DNA from: an uncultured Chthonomonadaceae bacterium | GTDB taxonomy: Bacteria > Armatimonadota > Chthonomonadetes > Chthonomonadales > Chthonomonadaceae | Assembly: GCA_963817895.1 (NCBI GenBank) | Contig: CAWFQB010000001.1 | Coordinates: forward strand, 320,001 to 384,000 | Direction of reading: 5' to 3' | Length of the DNA: 64,000 nt | In this document: in pieces, positions 22,387-31,997 of the stretch | How the letters are laid out: each line of letters starts with the position of its first letter | Numbering within the stretch: position 1 is the first letter of the stretch | Notes under the pieces: generated by a model | The model's database searches: none | The model's input: the letters and a program-made list of their open reading frames with translations, nothing else | What the model was told of the DNA's origin: nothing | Position numbers and translations under genes: made by a program

Positions 22387-23624
22387 TACTCACTCGTTTC
22401 TTCGGCGGCTTCGGCTTCGGCGAGGGTTTGGTCGGAGATATCGGAGGTGTCGAACTGCACGTCGCCGCTTTCCACATCCGCCGTATAGTCCGGGTAGTAG
22501 CGGTGCAGGTCCCAGAGCGTGATCCAGCGGCGGATTTCGGAACGGATGGTGGTTCGCGCGTGGCCCCTGACGCGGGGCAAAAATGGCACACTGGTATTGT
22601 ACGCCTGCTCGTACAGGTTTTTGACGCGGTACTTGACCTGTTCCTCCTGTTCCGGCGTGGGCGATTCCAGATAAAACGGCTTTTTCAGCAGAGTAATGCC
22701 GCGCAGGGCGCGTAAGTCTCGCTCATCGGCGGTTCCGCTGCTGTTGACGTTGGCAAGAAACCGCTGCTCATCGCGCGTGCCGCCTGTAACCGTATCGGTT
22801 ATAAATCCCTGCGTCATGGTGAAGACCGGCAAAATCGCGCTGCCCTCCTGCTGCGCTATGTCGCTCCACCAGCCCAATTCCTGATACGCGCTTAAACGCT
22901 GCTTGACTGAGAACCTGGCAATACGATCCAACTCATCGAACAGCACAACTAAGCCTTTGCCGCCGCCCGCGCGGTACAAACGCGCCAACAAACGGATACG
23001 GTCATGCGCGACAAGGGCATTGCGCGGGCCGCTCAGATCGTAACTGACGAGCGCGCCGAGTTCCTTGAGTTTTTGTTTTACAACCGCTTTGGGCAGGAAC
23101 TTGCCCTCGAAATCTTCCAGAACCTGCGCCCGCAACTCCTCATCCGCCCGGAATTCCTGATAAATGTGCAGCAGGGCGCGAAAGCGGTCGTCCAATCCCG
23201 CCTCCCGCGTCCACGCTTTGAGATCGTTGAAGGCCGTGCTGCTCGTGTTCAGATTGGCGGCAAGCGCGCGCAAAGCCGTATCCGCGTTGCCGGGAGCCTG
23301 CGCCGCTTCCGCAAGGGTTCGCAGGACAATCGGCACACTCCCCAATGGCATTTCCGGGCTGACCACGACAAAACTGGTAACAAACCCCTGCTGCGCCGCC
23401 AACGCCTGCAAATAGTTGAGCAGGTGCGATTTGCCCGCGCCGAAATTAGCGGAAACCATAATCGGCGTTACGCCCCGGCCCTCCGCCAATCCTGCCAGAC
23501 CGTCATCGAATTGCGCCTTCACTTCCGTCTGCGTGGTTCCCAGTTGCGTGACCGCGTGACAACTCGGCACTCCCGACCGCAGCGACTCAATCGCGCTCCG
23601 CGCCGCCACCGCTTCTGCATCCAT
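22386..23624 (-). CDS. DUF2791/BrxD-like P-loop ATPase
   Basis: IESLRSGVP N-terminus, Walker A ANFGAGKS, Walker B LVVLFDE. Confidence 0.8.
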   Translation of the reverse strand: MDAEAVAARSAIESLRSGVPSCHAVTQLGTTQTEVKAQFDDGLAGLAEGRGVTPIMVSANFGAGKSHLLNYLQALAAQQGFVTSFVVVSPEMPLGSVPIVLRTLAEAAQAPGNADTALRALAANLNTSSTAFNDLKAWTREAGLDDRFRALLHIYQEFRADEELRAQVLEDFEGKFLPKAVVKQKLKELGALVSYDLSGPRNALVAHDRIRLLARLYRAGGGKGLVVLFDELDRIARFSVKQRLSAYQELGWWSDIAQQEGSAILPVFTMTQGFITDTVTGGTRDEQRFLANVNSSGTADERDLRALRGITLLKKPFYLESPTPEQEEQVKYRVKNLYEQAYNTSVPFLPRVRGHARTTIRSEIRRWITLWDLHRYYPDYTADVESGDVQFDTSDISDQTLAEAEAAEETSE

Positions 23625-23643
23625 TTTCTAACCTCCATTTTGC

Positions 23644-23765
23644 AAAGGATGAAGGATGAAGGATGAAGGATGAAAACAATGCCTGTTGCTTCCAAGATTT
23701 ACCTTTGCGGCAAAACTATCAAACAACGGTACAATTCATCCTTCATCCTTCATCCTTCATCCTTT
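23644..23765. repeat. Inverted heptamer array (AAGGATG)4 ... (CATCCTT)4
   Basis: 31-bp perfect inverted repeat at 23644-23674 and 23735-23765. Confidence 0.9.
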
Positions 23766-24869
23766 GTTTTCTCCTACATGTACTAAAGCAGCGGCGGGAT
23801 TGGCAAGGCGCGTGTCGCGCACTTCCAGGCCGATGCGGGTTTGCAGGGCGTTGTAGTTGTTGTAGTTACGGCGGGAAGCGGGGTCGTAAAAGGCAGGGCG
23901 AGTGAGGACAACAAGCAGGAATCGTTCGAAGCCGTCAATCTCGTCAATGAAGCGGCGCAACAGTGCCAGCATCTGCATATAGGCCGCGTCGCTATAGGTC
24001 ACGGTAGGTTCCTGCCCGACTTCCGCCCGAAGCGCGGTCAGTTCCTGCGCGGTGGCTCCCCGCGCCAATGCCTCGTCTATGCGCCGCAGTTGTTCGGCAA
24101 GCCGCTGCGTGGTGGGGATTTTCTTGTGTTCGTAGGGGCGGAAATCGAGGGTAACGACAAGACCGTTGTGTCCCGTTCGCGGCAGCCAGCGGCAGAAGGA
24201 GACCAGCATGGAACGCGCGCTTGCCAGACTGATGCGCTCATAAATCTGCACTCGCTTCAGCGCGTTGGCTGCGCCGGGCATGGTCTTGCCCGCAAACCAT
24301 TTGAGTAGCACCTCTTCGGTCGTGGGAGAAACCGCGTCCGGCACAAGCTGCGCCCGTCCCAAAGCGGTCACAGCGGCGCGAAATTCCAGCGACAGGGCGT
24401 TGTCGCGCAGTTGCGTTGTGGCGAATTCGCGCTGATACTGGTTGAGCAAGTCCTGCGAGTTGCGGTCATTGTCCTGCGCGATACCGTCCAGATCATCTAA
24501 TTGCCGATGGGCGGCCACGTATATGCCGCGCTCTTCCAGATACCGCCGCGCCTGTTCCCGCGCCCAGGCTTTCCAATCCACGCTCGATGTGGCCTCGAAA
24601 AAGAAGCGGTCAATGCGGTGCAGGTCTTTGCGTTTGCCGCCCGCTTCCAGTTTCGCCGGGTCCAGAACAACGTGGTAATAGCCCTCTTCGCGCGTCCGTT
24701 CCCGAAGCCGCTCCTGCACATAGCTGAGATGCGCGTCGCTGCCGCTGACCACTTTCACGGACGAGCCGCCGGATTTAATGTAATCCAACAGGCACTCCTG
24801 ATCCAGCGCCCGCAACAGTTCATCCGGCGCAACCAGCAATCGCGCGTTCAGAGCCTCTGTTGTCAGCAT
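23757..24869 (-). CDS. Degenerate DUF2791/BrxD-like ATPase paralog
   Basis: LLDYIKSGGSSVKVVSG, LHRIDRFF, GLVVTLD, LRRFIDEID, YNALQTRI; the P-loop lysine is absent. Confidence 0.65.
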   Translation of the reverse strand: MLTTEALNARLLVAPDELLRALDQECLLDYIKSGGSSVKVVSGSDAHLSYVQERLRERTREEGYYHVVLDPAKLEAGGKRKDLHRIDRFFFEATSSVDWKAWAREQARRYLEERGIYVAAHRQLDDLDGIAQDNDRNSQDLLNQYQREFATTQLRDNALSLEFRAAVTALGRAQLVPDAVSPTTEEVLLKWFAGKTMPGAANALKRVQIYERISLASARSMLVSFCRWLPRTGHNGLVVTLDFRPYEHKKIPTTQRLAEQLRRIDEALARGATAQELTALRAEVGQEPTVTYSDAAYMQMLALLRRFIDEIDGFERFLLVVLTRPAFYDPASRRNYNNYNALQTRIGLEVRDTRLANPAAALVHVGENKG

Positions 24870-24883
24870 GGTAGTCTCCTCAA

Positions 24884-25645
24884 CTATAAAAACCTGATTC
24901 CATAATACAGAATCGGGCGGCCATCTTCGGAAATCACGCTGAAAATGTCTCGCTCTTTGACGTTACCGGCAGGATAAATCATCTCGAACTTGCGCCCGGA
25001 GCGGGTGACGCGCAGTTCGGAGCGATGCATGGCATAGATAGCCTGTCCAAAAGCGGCGGGCGGATTCTCTTTTTTCCAGCCGGGGGTTATGCTGAACATG
25101 TCGTAAACATTGCGGAATGTGGCGAACGAATGTTGCTCTGTATCCAATCGCTGCGCGGCGGACAGCAGGCTGTCGAGAAATTCCTGCGAGTTGGCGGATT
25201 GCGCCCGGTCGCGCAGGCGCTTGAGTTCCGCTGCGACAATCTGCGGACGGATAGCGGGCCAGTTCACCTTGCCGATTTGCAGAACGCCCCTTGCCCCGGA
25301 CGCGCGTATTACAACGGGCGAGGATACCAGCGTTTCGCCCTCTTCCAGAACGCGCAGGCTGAACTTTTCCGCCGCCGCCGTTTGCAATTCGCGCCGCCAC
25401 TCTTCGCTTTCCAGATACGCCCGCGCGTCGAACGTCCAGTTTTGCGCGGCCTCCTGTGTGGGCGCAGTCAGGGCGGGAGCGAGTTCACCGGCCTGCGTCA
25501 TAGCCTTTTGCATGTTGCCGATATGTCCTATCTGGCAGGCTTTTTTCCACGTTTTCAGCGTCCCCACATACCGGTTGGCGGCTTTGAGCAGATCGTCCAC
25601 CTGTGTTTCCTGCGCCCGCAACTCTTCTTCCAGCGTCACTCTCAT
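24884..25645 (-). CDS. Hypothetical protein, first gene of ATPase/SNF2 operon
   Basis: SD GAGGAG; N-terminal coiled coil; 253 aa. Confidence 0.75.
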   Translation of the reverse strand: MRVTLEEELRAQETQVDDLLKAANRYVGTLKTWKKACQIGHIGNMQKAMTQAGELAPALTAPTQEAAQNWTFDARAYLESEEWRRELQTAAAEKFSLRVLEEGETLVSSPVVIRASGARGVLQIGKVNWPAIRPQIVAAELKRLRDRAQSANSQEFLDSLLSAAQRLDTEQHSFATFRNVYDMFSITPGWKKENPPAAFGQAIYAMHRSELRVTRSGRKFEMIYPAGNVKERDIFSVISEDGRPILYYGIRFL

Positions 25646-25954
25646 TCTCCTCTCAAATCCTAATCGCGATAACTCGCGTATTGTTGCGTGATATTCACCT
25701 TTTCGTCATTGGTTTCCTGCCGATGAAAACAAAAGATGAATCTGTGTCAATTAAAAACATCTGCCCTGTGACACAATGTTCACTGCCACTTCCACGAGTT
25801 GTTATGAAAATCATTTGTTAGATTTTCTATCACAAGGTTTCTACTGATTGGTTTTTAGAAGGTCGTGTGTTATAATGTTCAGAAGATCAACAGTGAGCGC
25901 GAACCTGTCCAGCCACAAATTATAGTTAGATTGTACCCTCACAGGGAGAGTAGA

Positions 25955-26371
25955 ATGAGCGACATTAACAATCGGGAAGAGTATCTCGTTTCCTCCGAGC
26001 AGGAGCAGGAGGCATTGGGACTGCGTCTTAAAGAGGCGCGCGAGTATTTGGGAATGTCTCAGGAGTTTGTGGCGGAACAGCTTGGAGTGCCGCGCGCCTC
26101 GATTTCCACAATGGAAACCAGCAAGCGTAAGGTCAGCAGTCTGGAATTGAAACAACTGGCTCGCCTGTACAAGCAGACAATCCAATACTTTTTGGGCGAG
26201 GAAGAAGCGATGCCGCAGGGACAGCCCAAAGATGAAGCTTTGTCCGCGCTTTTCCGTACCACAAAAGATTTAAGCAGCGAAGATAAGCAACAGGTTCTTC
26301 GCTTCGCGCAGTTTCTGCGCGCGTCCGGTCCGGCTCCAAAGCCTGCGGAAGATCAGGCAACACCCGGCTAA
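25955..26371 (+). CDS. XRE-family HTH transcriptional regulator
   Basis: LKEAREYLGMSQEFVAEQLGVPRASISTME. Confidence 0.9.
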   Translation: MSDINNREEYLVSSEQEQEALGLRLKEAREYLGMSQEFVAEQLGVPRASISTMETSKRKVSSLELKQLARLYKQTIQYFLGEEEAMPQGQPKDEALSALFRTTKDLSSEDKQQVLRFAQFLRASGPAPKPAEDQATPG

Positions 26372-26419
26372 CAGGACGTTGCTAAAGCCACTTGAGCGTT
26401 TGTAGGATAGAGGGCCGAT

Positions 26420-27524
26420 ATGAGTTCATCTTCAACGCGAGATAAAGCCCGAGCGGATGCGCGTATGGAAGCAACCCGCGCATTGCTTCAATTGGGAATA
26501 GACCAAAGCCAGCCTGTAGACATCTTTAAGATCATTCAGGATGAGGGTATTTGGCTGATGTTTCAGCCGCTGAAAAACCTGTACGGCGCTTACATGCCGC
26601 AGGAAGAAGCGGCGGGAATCATTGTCCATTCCAAACATCCTCTCAGCCTGCAACGATTTACGGCAGCCCATGAGTTCGGTCACTACATTCTGAAACATCC
26701 TCTTACGTTAGATGATGAAGGCATGATAAAGCGGGGCGGTGACAGTTCGGATTTGCGTGAGGTTCAGGCAGACGCTTTCGCCGCGCACTTTTTGATGCCG
26801 TTAGAACTCGTGAACAAAACACTGGTTCGTATGGGATTGCCGATCAATCCCGGTCAACTAACCGCGCTAAGGTATATCGAATGTCACTTGATATGGGTGT
26901 GAGCTACGCCGCAGCAGTAAATCAATTGGTAGCGCTAAAGAAGATCAGCCGAGAACTCGCGGAGGATTTGCCCAAACAGCCCAAAAGCATCAAAACGCTT
27001 ATTGCGGGTGTGCCAATAGAGAATTCCTGGGCGGATATATGGGCGCTGGACAAGAGTAACTCCGGCAAGCGCATCAACATGCGCGTATATGACGAACTGC
27101 GTATCAACCTGTCGGAAACGCCTTCTACAGGATACATCTGGACAGTTGAAGATTCCTCGATTGCCGACATGACGCGCCAAACTGCAAATGACAATCTTTC
27201 TTCAACGCAAGGTTCACAACATTCCCTTTTGGGGATTCAGATGCAGCCGTAACACCCGACACGCTTGCTTCACTTGCGCTGGTGAGCAGCGAGTTCGACG
27301 TGAACAATGTCGTGGAGGGGCAAACGCGAATTGGAAGTGGCGGCAACCGATACATGACGTTTCGCGTTCTGCGACCGGGGCAGCCTACGTTACGCCTGCT
27401 CAAACGCCGCCCCTGGCAAATGACAGCGCCGCCTGTAGAAGTGTTCGAGGTTTTTTTGAAGGTCACGCCCGCAATAGTGGGAATGAGTCTTCAACAGCAG
27501 AAAATGCTTGCCATCGCTGCTTAA
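26420..27524 (+). CDS. ImmA/IrrE (M78) metallopeptidase fused to a chagasin/I42 inhibitor-like domain; two frameshifts
   Basis: RFTAAHEFGH and EVQADAFAAHFLMP; then DELRINLSETPSTGYIW and GSGG...RRPWQ (I42-like) in ORFs 26881 and 27282. Confidence 0.75.
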
Positions 27525-27548
27525 TTGTCAGGGGAACAAACAGGGTTT

Positions 27549-27863
27549 ATGAAAACAGTGGATTTGCGCCCTTTGTTTCCGCCTGTTCGCGATCAGGGAA
27601 TACGCGGCACATGCGTCGCCTTTGCCGTAACAGCCGCGCACGAACTTGCGCGTCAGAGCAGCATTGGAAACTACGAAGATTTATCTGACGAAGCGCTCTA
27701 CTGGAACTGCAAGCAGATTGATGGCGATCTACAAGAGGGTACTTCTTTTGACTCCGCTGCGGAGGCATTGGAACAGGCCGGTTGGGGCGAGAATGGATAT
27801 GGCTATCTTCCCTACGCCTATCTGTTTCAATATGGCGGGCAGGCATGGGTTATGCAACCCTGA
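27549..27863 (+). pseudogene. Papain-like C1 cysteine peptidase, internally deleted
   Basis: VDLR...VRDQGIRGTCVAFA fused directly to WGENGYGYLPY; the catalytic His and NSW segments are missing. Confidence 0.75.
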
Positions 27864-27884
27864 ACAACGAAATCTGAAACGGCC

Positions 27885-29165
27885 TTACCCTCTTTTTGCC
27901 CCCGTCATATAAACCACCAGCGACAAGGCAAGCAATCCTAATCCAACCGCGCAGACCCCCTGCCAGCCTGCATAATGCCAGCCCTGCGCGCCCAATGACG
28001 TACCCACTACGCCGCCGATGAAATACGACACCATGTAGACCGTGTTCAGGCGGCTGCGGGCTTCCGGTATCAGGGCGTAGATGCGGGTCTGGTTGGATAC
28101 GTGCGCCGATTGTACGCCGAAGTCCATCAGAATTACGCCCACAATCAATCCCCATAATTGAAAGCCGAACCGCCAGAAGATGCCGTAACTTGCCAGCGTC
28201 AGCCACAGGGCAATGCCCAGCGTCAGGCGCGGGCTGCGGCGATCCGCGAAGCGGCCCATCAGGGGCGCGGCTGCCGCGCCAACCACGCCCACCAGTCCGA
28301 ACAATCCCGCCGCCTCGCCCGCGTGGGCATAATGGTAGGGCGCGCGTTCCAGCAGAAAGACGAGCGAGTTCCAGAACGCGCTGAACGCCCCGAAGGTCAA
28401 CGCGCCGATAAGAGCCGCTTCGCGCAAAACAGGCTGTTCGCGTATCAGAACCAGCATCGAAGCCAGCATTTGCGGGTACGTCAACTTCGCCGAGGCGATG
28501 GAACGGGGCAGCATGCGCCATAACAGCAGCGCGAGGGCGATCATCAGCCCGCTTGCCAGCCCGTACATGGTTCGCCAGCCGAATACGTCTCCGATATGCC
28601 CGCTGATAGTTCGCGCCAGCAGAATTCCAATCAGCAGCCCGCCCAACACGCTTCCTACGGCTCGCCCCCGGTCTTCGGGACGCGCAAGCTGCGCGGCAAA
28701 CGGCAAAATCAGATGCGGAACCACGTTCGCCAGCCCAATGACCAGACTCGCCGCTACCATCCATCCCAATCCGGGCGCGAGACACGCCCCGGCAAGCGCG
28801 ACCGTCGCCACCATCAGCAGGCGCAAGATCAACTTTTTCCGTTCCCATATATCGCCAAGCGGCACGAACAACAGCATGCCCAGTGCGCAGCCCGCCTGCG
28901 TGATAATGGGAATATTGGAAACCTGCGGCGTTGTCACGCGAAAATCATGCTGCATCTGCGCGAGGAGCGGCTGACAATAGTACATATTCGCCACGCTCAT
29001 GCCGCACGTCAATGCCATCAGACGGAGCAGGCCGTTGGTGAGCGGCGCGTGTGTGGCTGTTGGTTCCTCGTCGGACAGGGGCGTGGCAGGGGATGTTTGT
29101 TCCAATCGCGACTCTGATTGCGATTCTGATTGTGGTTCCGATGTTTGTATGGCTTTGTTCCTCAT
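27885..29165 (-). CDS. MFS transporter
   Basis: ANMYYCQPLL, FVPLGDIWERK, ARSRLNTVYM; about 12 TM segments. Confidence 0.9.
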   Translation of the reverse strand: MRNKAIQTSEPQSESQSESRLEQTSPATPLSDEEPTATHAPLTNGLLRLMALTCGMSVANMYYCQPLLAQMQHDFRVTTPQVSNIPIITQAGCALGMLLFVPLGDIWERKKLILRLLMVATVALAGACLAPGLGWMVAASLVIGLANVVPHLILPFAAQLARPEDRGRAVGSVLGGLLIGILLARTISGHIGDVFGWRTMYGLASGLMIALALLLWRMLPRSIASAKLTYPQMLASMLVLIREQPVLREAALIGALTFGAFSAFWNSLVFLLERAPYHYAHAGEAAGLFGLVGVVGAAAAPLMGRFADRRSPRLTLGIALWLTLASYGIFWRFGFQLWGLIVGVILMDFGVQSAHVSNQTRIYALIPEARSRLNTVYMVSYFIGGVVGTSLGAQGWHYAGWQGVCAVGLGLLALSLVVYMTGAKRG

Positions 29166-29325
29166 TGCGCGTTCTGGATACGGGCCAACCCTTTTGCGCC
29201 TGTCAACGTACAGATTGTTATACGACGCAGAAGCGGAAAATGCGGATGATTTCAAAATCGGGCGATAATTGGAATTTAAGAAATAATTTTGCGCAGTCGG
29301 CAACTTTGCCTTCTGTCCTGTCGTT

Positions 29326-29346
29326 ATGTAACCATAACAGTTACAT
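29326..29346. promoter_or_regulatory. Rrf2 operator 1 (ATGTAAC-N7-GTTACAT)
   Basis: Palindrome just upstream of the Rrf2 gene, repeated at 29845. Confidence 0.7.
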
Positions 29347-29361
29347 TCGGGAAGCAGGAAC

Positions 29362-29820
29362 ATGAGCGTCAACAGTCGTTTCGCGGTTGGGATTCACATT
29401 CTGACCCTGCTCGCGTATCAGCAGCCGGAATTGCTGACATCGGGCTTTATCGCCTGTAGCGTCACCACCAATCCGGTCGTGATTCGCCGCGTCCTGGGCG
29501 ATTTGCGCCGCGCCGGACTGGTGACATCGCAGGCGGGGGGGGGCGGCGGCTGGAAGCTGCGGCGGGAAGCGGATCAGATTACCCTGCTTGATGCTTACCG
29601 GGCGATCAAAGACAGTCCGCTTTTTGCCATGCACGCGCAGCGTCCCAACCCGCGTTGTGACATTGGGCGCACCATTCAGAACACGCTGGCGGGCTTTTTC
29701 ACCGGAGCCGAGGCCGCTCTGGAAACGCAACTGGCGCAGAACACCATCGCGGATGTTCTCGAACGCATGAGGGCGCAGGACTGTTCCTCTTCGCCAAACA
29801 ATGGGCAGCCAAACGCTTGA
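29362..29820 (+). CDS. Rrf2-family regulator (YwnA/HypR-like)
   Basis: SRFAVGIHIL, SVTTNPVVIRR, PNPRCDIG. Confidence 0.9.
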   Translation: MSVNSRFAVGIHILTLLAYQQPELLTSGFIACSVTTNPVVIRRVLGDLRRAGLVTSQAGGGGGWKLRREADQITLLDAYRAIKDSPLFAMHAQRPNPRCDIGRTIQNTLAGFFTGAEAALETQLAQNTIADVLERMRAQDCSSSPNNGQPNA

Positions 29821-29844
29821 ATTCGCGGCTTCTATTTGTCCCTG

Positions 29845-29867
29845 AATGTAACTGGAACAGTTACATT
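29845..29867. promoter_or_regulatory. Rrf2 operator 2 (AATGTAAC-N7-GTTACATT)
   Basis: Second copy of the palindrome, upstream of the SDR gene. Confidence 0.7.
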
Positions 29868-29981
29868 CGTGCAGGCGTGGAAATGCCATGCCGAACCCAT
29901 AGGGCTGTTCCGCCAACTCGGACAGTAACAACAAAGCCGGACACCAACAACGTAACACTGCAACGAACTTGACAAGGAGCT

Positions 29982-30705
29982 ATGACAATGGCACACACAG
30001 CAAACACAGTGGCCCTGATTACGGGCGCGAACAAGGGAATCGGGCTGGAAATCGCCCGGCAGTTGGGCAAGCAGGGCATCACAGTCGTCATCGGGGCGCG
30101 TGATCCGCAAAAGGGCGAGGAAGCCGTCGCCACCCTGAAAGCCGAAGGCATTGACGCGCGTACCGTGAAACTGGAAGTGTCCAATCACGACGACATTGCC
30201 GCCCTGCCCGCGTGGTTCGAGCAGAACACGGGCCGAATGGATATTCTGGTCAACAACGCGGGCGTCTTTCCCGATTTGCAGGGCGTCACCGCGCAGGGCT
30301 TCCGGGACGGCTACGAAACCAACGTGATCGCCCCCTACTTCCTGACGCAAACGCTGCTGCCACTCCTGAAAGCGTCGCCCGCAGGCCGCATTGTCAACCA
30401 TAGCAGCATTCTCGGTTCACTCGCCCTCAACGGTTCCGGCCAGCTTCCCAACGAATGGCTGGCTCCCGATTTATAATTCCAGCAAAGCCGCGCTGAACAT
30501 GCTGACCGTGATACAGGCCGCGCTGTTGAAAGATACGCCCGTAAAAGTGAACGCCGCGCATCCCGGCTCCGTACTGACCGACATGAACGCGCAGGGCAAC
30601 CTGACCGTAGAAGAGGGCGCGAAAACCGCCGTCCGGCTCGCCACGCTGCCCGAAGACGGCCCGACTGGCGGCTTCTTCCACTTCAACGATACTCTGGCGT
30701 GGTAA
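29982..30705 (+). CDS. SDR family oxidoreductase (carbonyl reductase-like), frameshift near 30465
   Basis: TGANKGIG, NNAG, YNSSK, HPGSVLTDM. Confidence 0.9.
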
Positions 30706-30716
30706 AAACAATACTT

Positions 30717-30841
30717 CACCACAGAGACACAGAGACACAGAGGGGTCACAGAGGTAAGAAAAGAAAGAAGAGATGAGGAGGAACGGTTCTGTCCTCTTAT
30801 TAACCTCTGTGAAACCTCTGTGTCTCTGTGTCTCTGTGGTG
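30717..30841. repeat. Inverted octamer array (CACAGAGA)n ... (TCTCTGTG)n
   Basis: Tandem repeats forming an inverted pair in the intergenic region. Confidence 0.85.
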
Positions 30842-30856
30842 CAAAAGGAGTCTCTA

Positions 30857-31813
30857 ATGAGCGTAATCAAAGCCGTTGTGGTAGAGCCGAATGCGGCAGG
30901 CAAACTGGTGTTGCGGGACGTGGATGCGCCTGTCCCGGCGGCGAACGAGGCGGTTGTGCAGGTAGAAGCCGTGTCGCTGAACCGGGGCGAAGTTCGCATG
31001 TCCATGAACGCGCCTGCGGGCCGACGTCCGGGCTGGGATATGGCGGGAACCGTGCTGCAAGCGGCGGCTGACGGAAGCGGGCCGAAAGCGGGAACGCGGG
31101 TTGTCGGACTGCTTCGTTCGGGCGCATGGGCGCGGCAAGTAGCGGTTCCCGCCAATCAGGCTGCGCCGATTCCCGATAATGTGACGTTCGCGCAGGCGGC
31201 GACGATTCCAGTTGCGGGCCTGACCGCGCTGCACGGATTATGGAAGGGCGGCTTTCTGCTGGAACGCCCTGTGCTGATTACGGGCGCGACGGGGGGCGTG
31301 GGCGATTACGCGATTCAACTGGCGAAACTGGCCGGAGCGAAAGTGGTGGCGCACGTTCGGCGCGACGATCAGGTGGAGGCTGTAAAGCAGATCGGCGCGG
31401 ATGCCGTGCTTGTGGGCGACGCGCTGAAGGGCGAGGACGCGAAACCGTTCGGGGATTACGCCCTGATGCTGGATGGGGTGGGCGGCGATACATTAGGCGC
31501 ATTACTCGGACTGGTGGAAGAGGGTACGAAAATCGTCACCTTCGGCACATCAGCGGGAAATGACGTGATGTTCAACGCGCAAACGTTTTACAACAAGGGC
31601 ATGACGACGCTGTACGGCATGATCCTGTTTGACGAACTCAAAACCGTCGAGGCCGCCGACAAGGGGCTGGCGCGTATCTCGAAACTGATTGGCGAGGGCA
31701 AACTGAAGCCGCAAATCAGCATCGAGGCCGACTGGAAAGAGATTGCCGATGTCGCGCAGCAGTTGCTCAACCGCAGCTACGCGGGCAAAGCCGTGCTGCG
31801 CGTCACAGAGTAG
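30857..31813 (+). CDS. Zinc-binding dehydrogenase / quinone oxidoreductase (MDR family)
   Basis: SLNRGE, AATIPVAGLTA, ITGATGGVG. Confidence 0.9.
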   Translation: MSVIKAVVVEPNAAGKLVLRDVDAPVPAANEAVVQVEAVSLNRGEVRMSMNAPAGRRPGWDMAGTVLQAAADGSGPKAGTRVVGLLRSGAWARQVAVPANQAAPIPDNVTFAQAATIPVAGLTALHGLWKGGFLLERPVLITGATGGVGDYAIQLAKLAGAKVVAHVRRDDQVEAVKQIGADAVLVGDALKGEDAKPFGDYALMLDGVGGDTLGALLGLVEEGTKIVTFGTSAGNDVMFNAQTFYNKGMTTLYGMILFDELKTVEAADKGLARISKLIGEGKLKPQISIEADWKEIADVAQQLLNRSYAGKAVLRVTE

Positions 31814-31837
31814 TACTCCATCAAAATAGAATACAAG

Positions 31838-31918
31838 GGTAGGGGCGCTGCTTGCTGCGCCTTGCTTTGTACACGGTTGCGCCTTGTATCAGGAGGGTTC
31901 AGCAAGCAGACCCCTACG
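31838..31918. repeat. GTAG-type REP-like pair
   Basis: GTAGGGGCGCTGCTTGCTG ... CAGCAAGCAGACCCCTAC inverted pair. Confidence 0.55.
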
Positions 31919-31997
31919 ATTTAACCCTGCGTTCACCCTTAGCAGAGTAGTATTTGATTGACGTGAAGAAAAGAAAAAATATTGGAGTAAAGAAAGA

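Noticed and set aside
20000..25645. Calling this operon BREX
   Set aside because: No pglZ, brxC or pglX gene is in the window; only BrxD-like ATPases are present.
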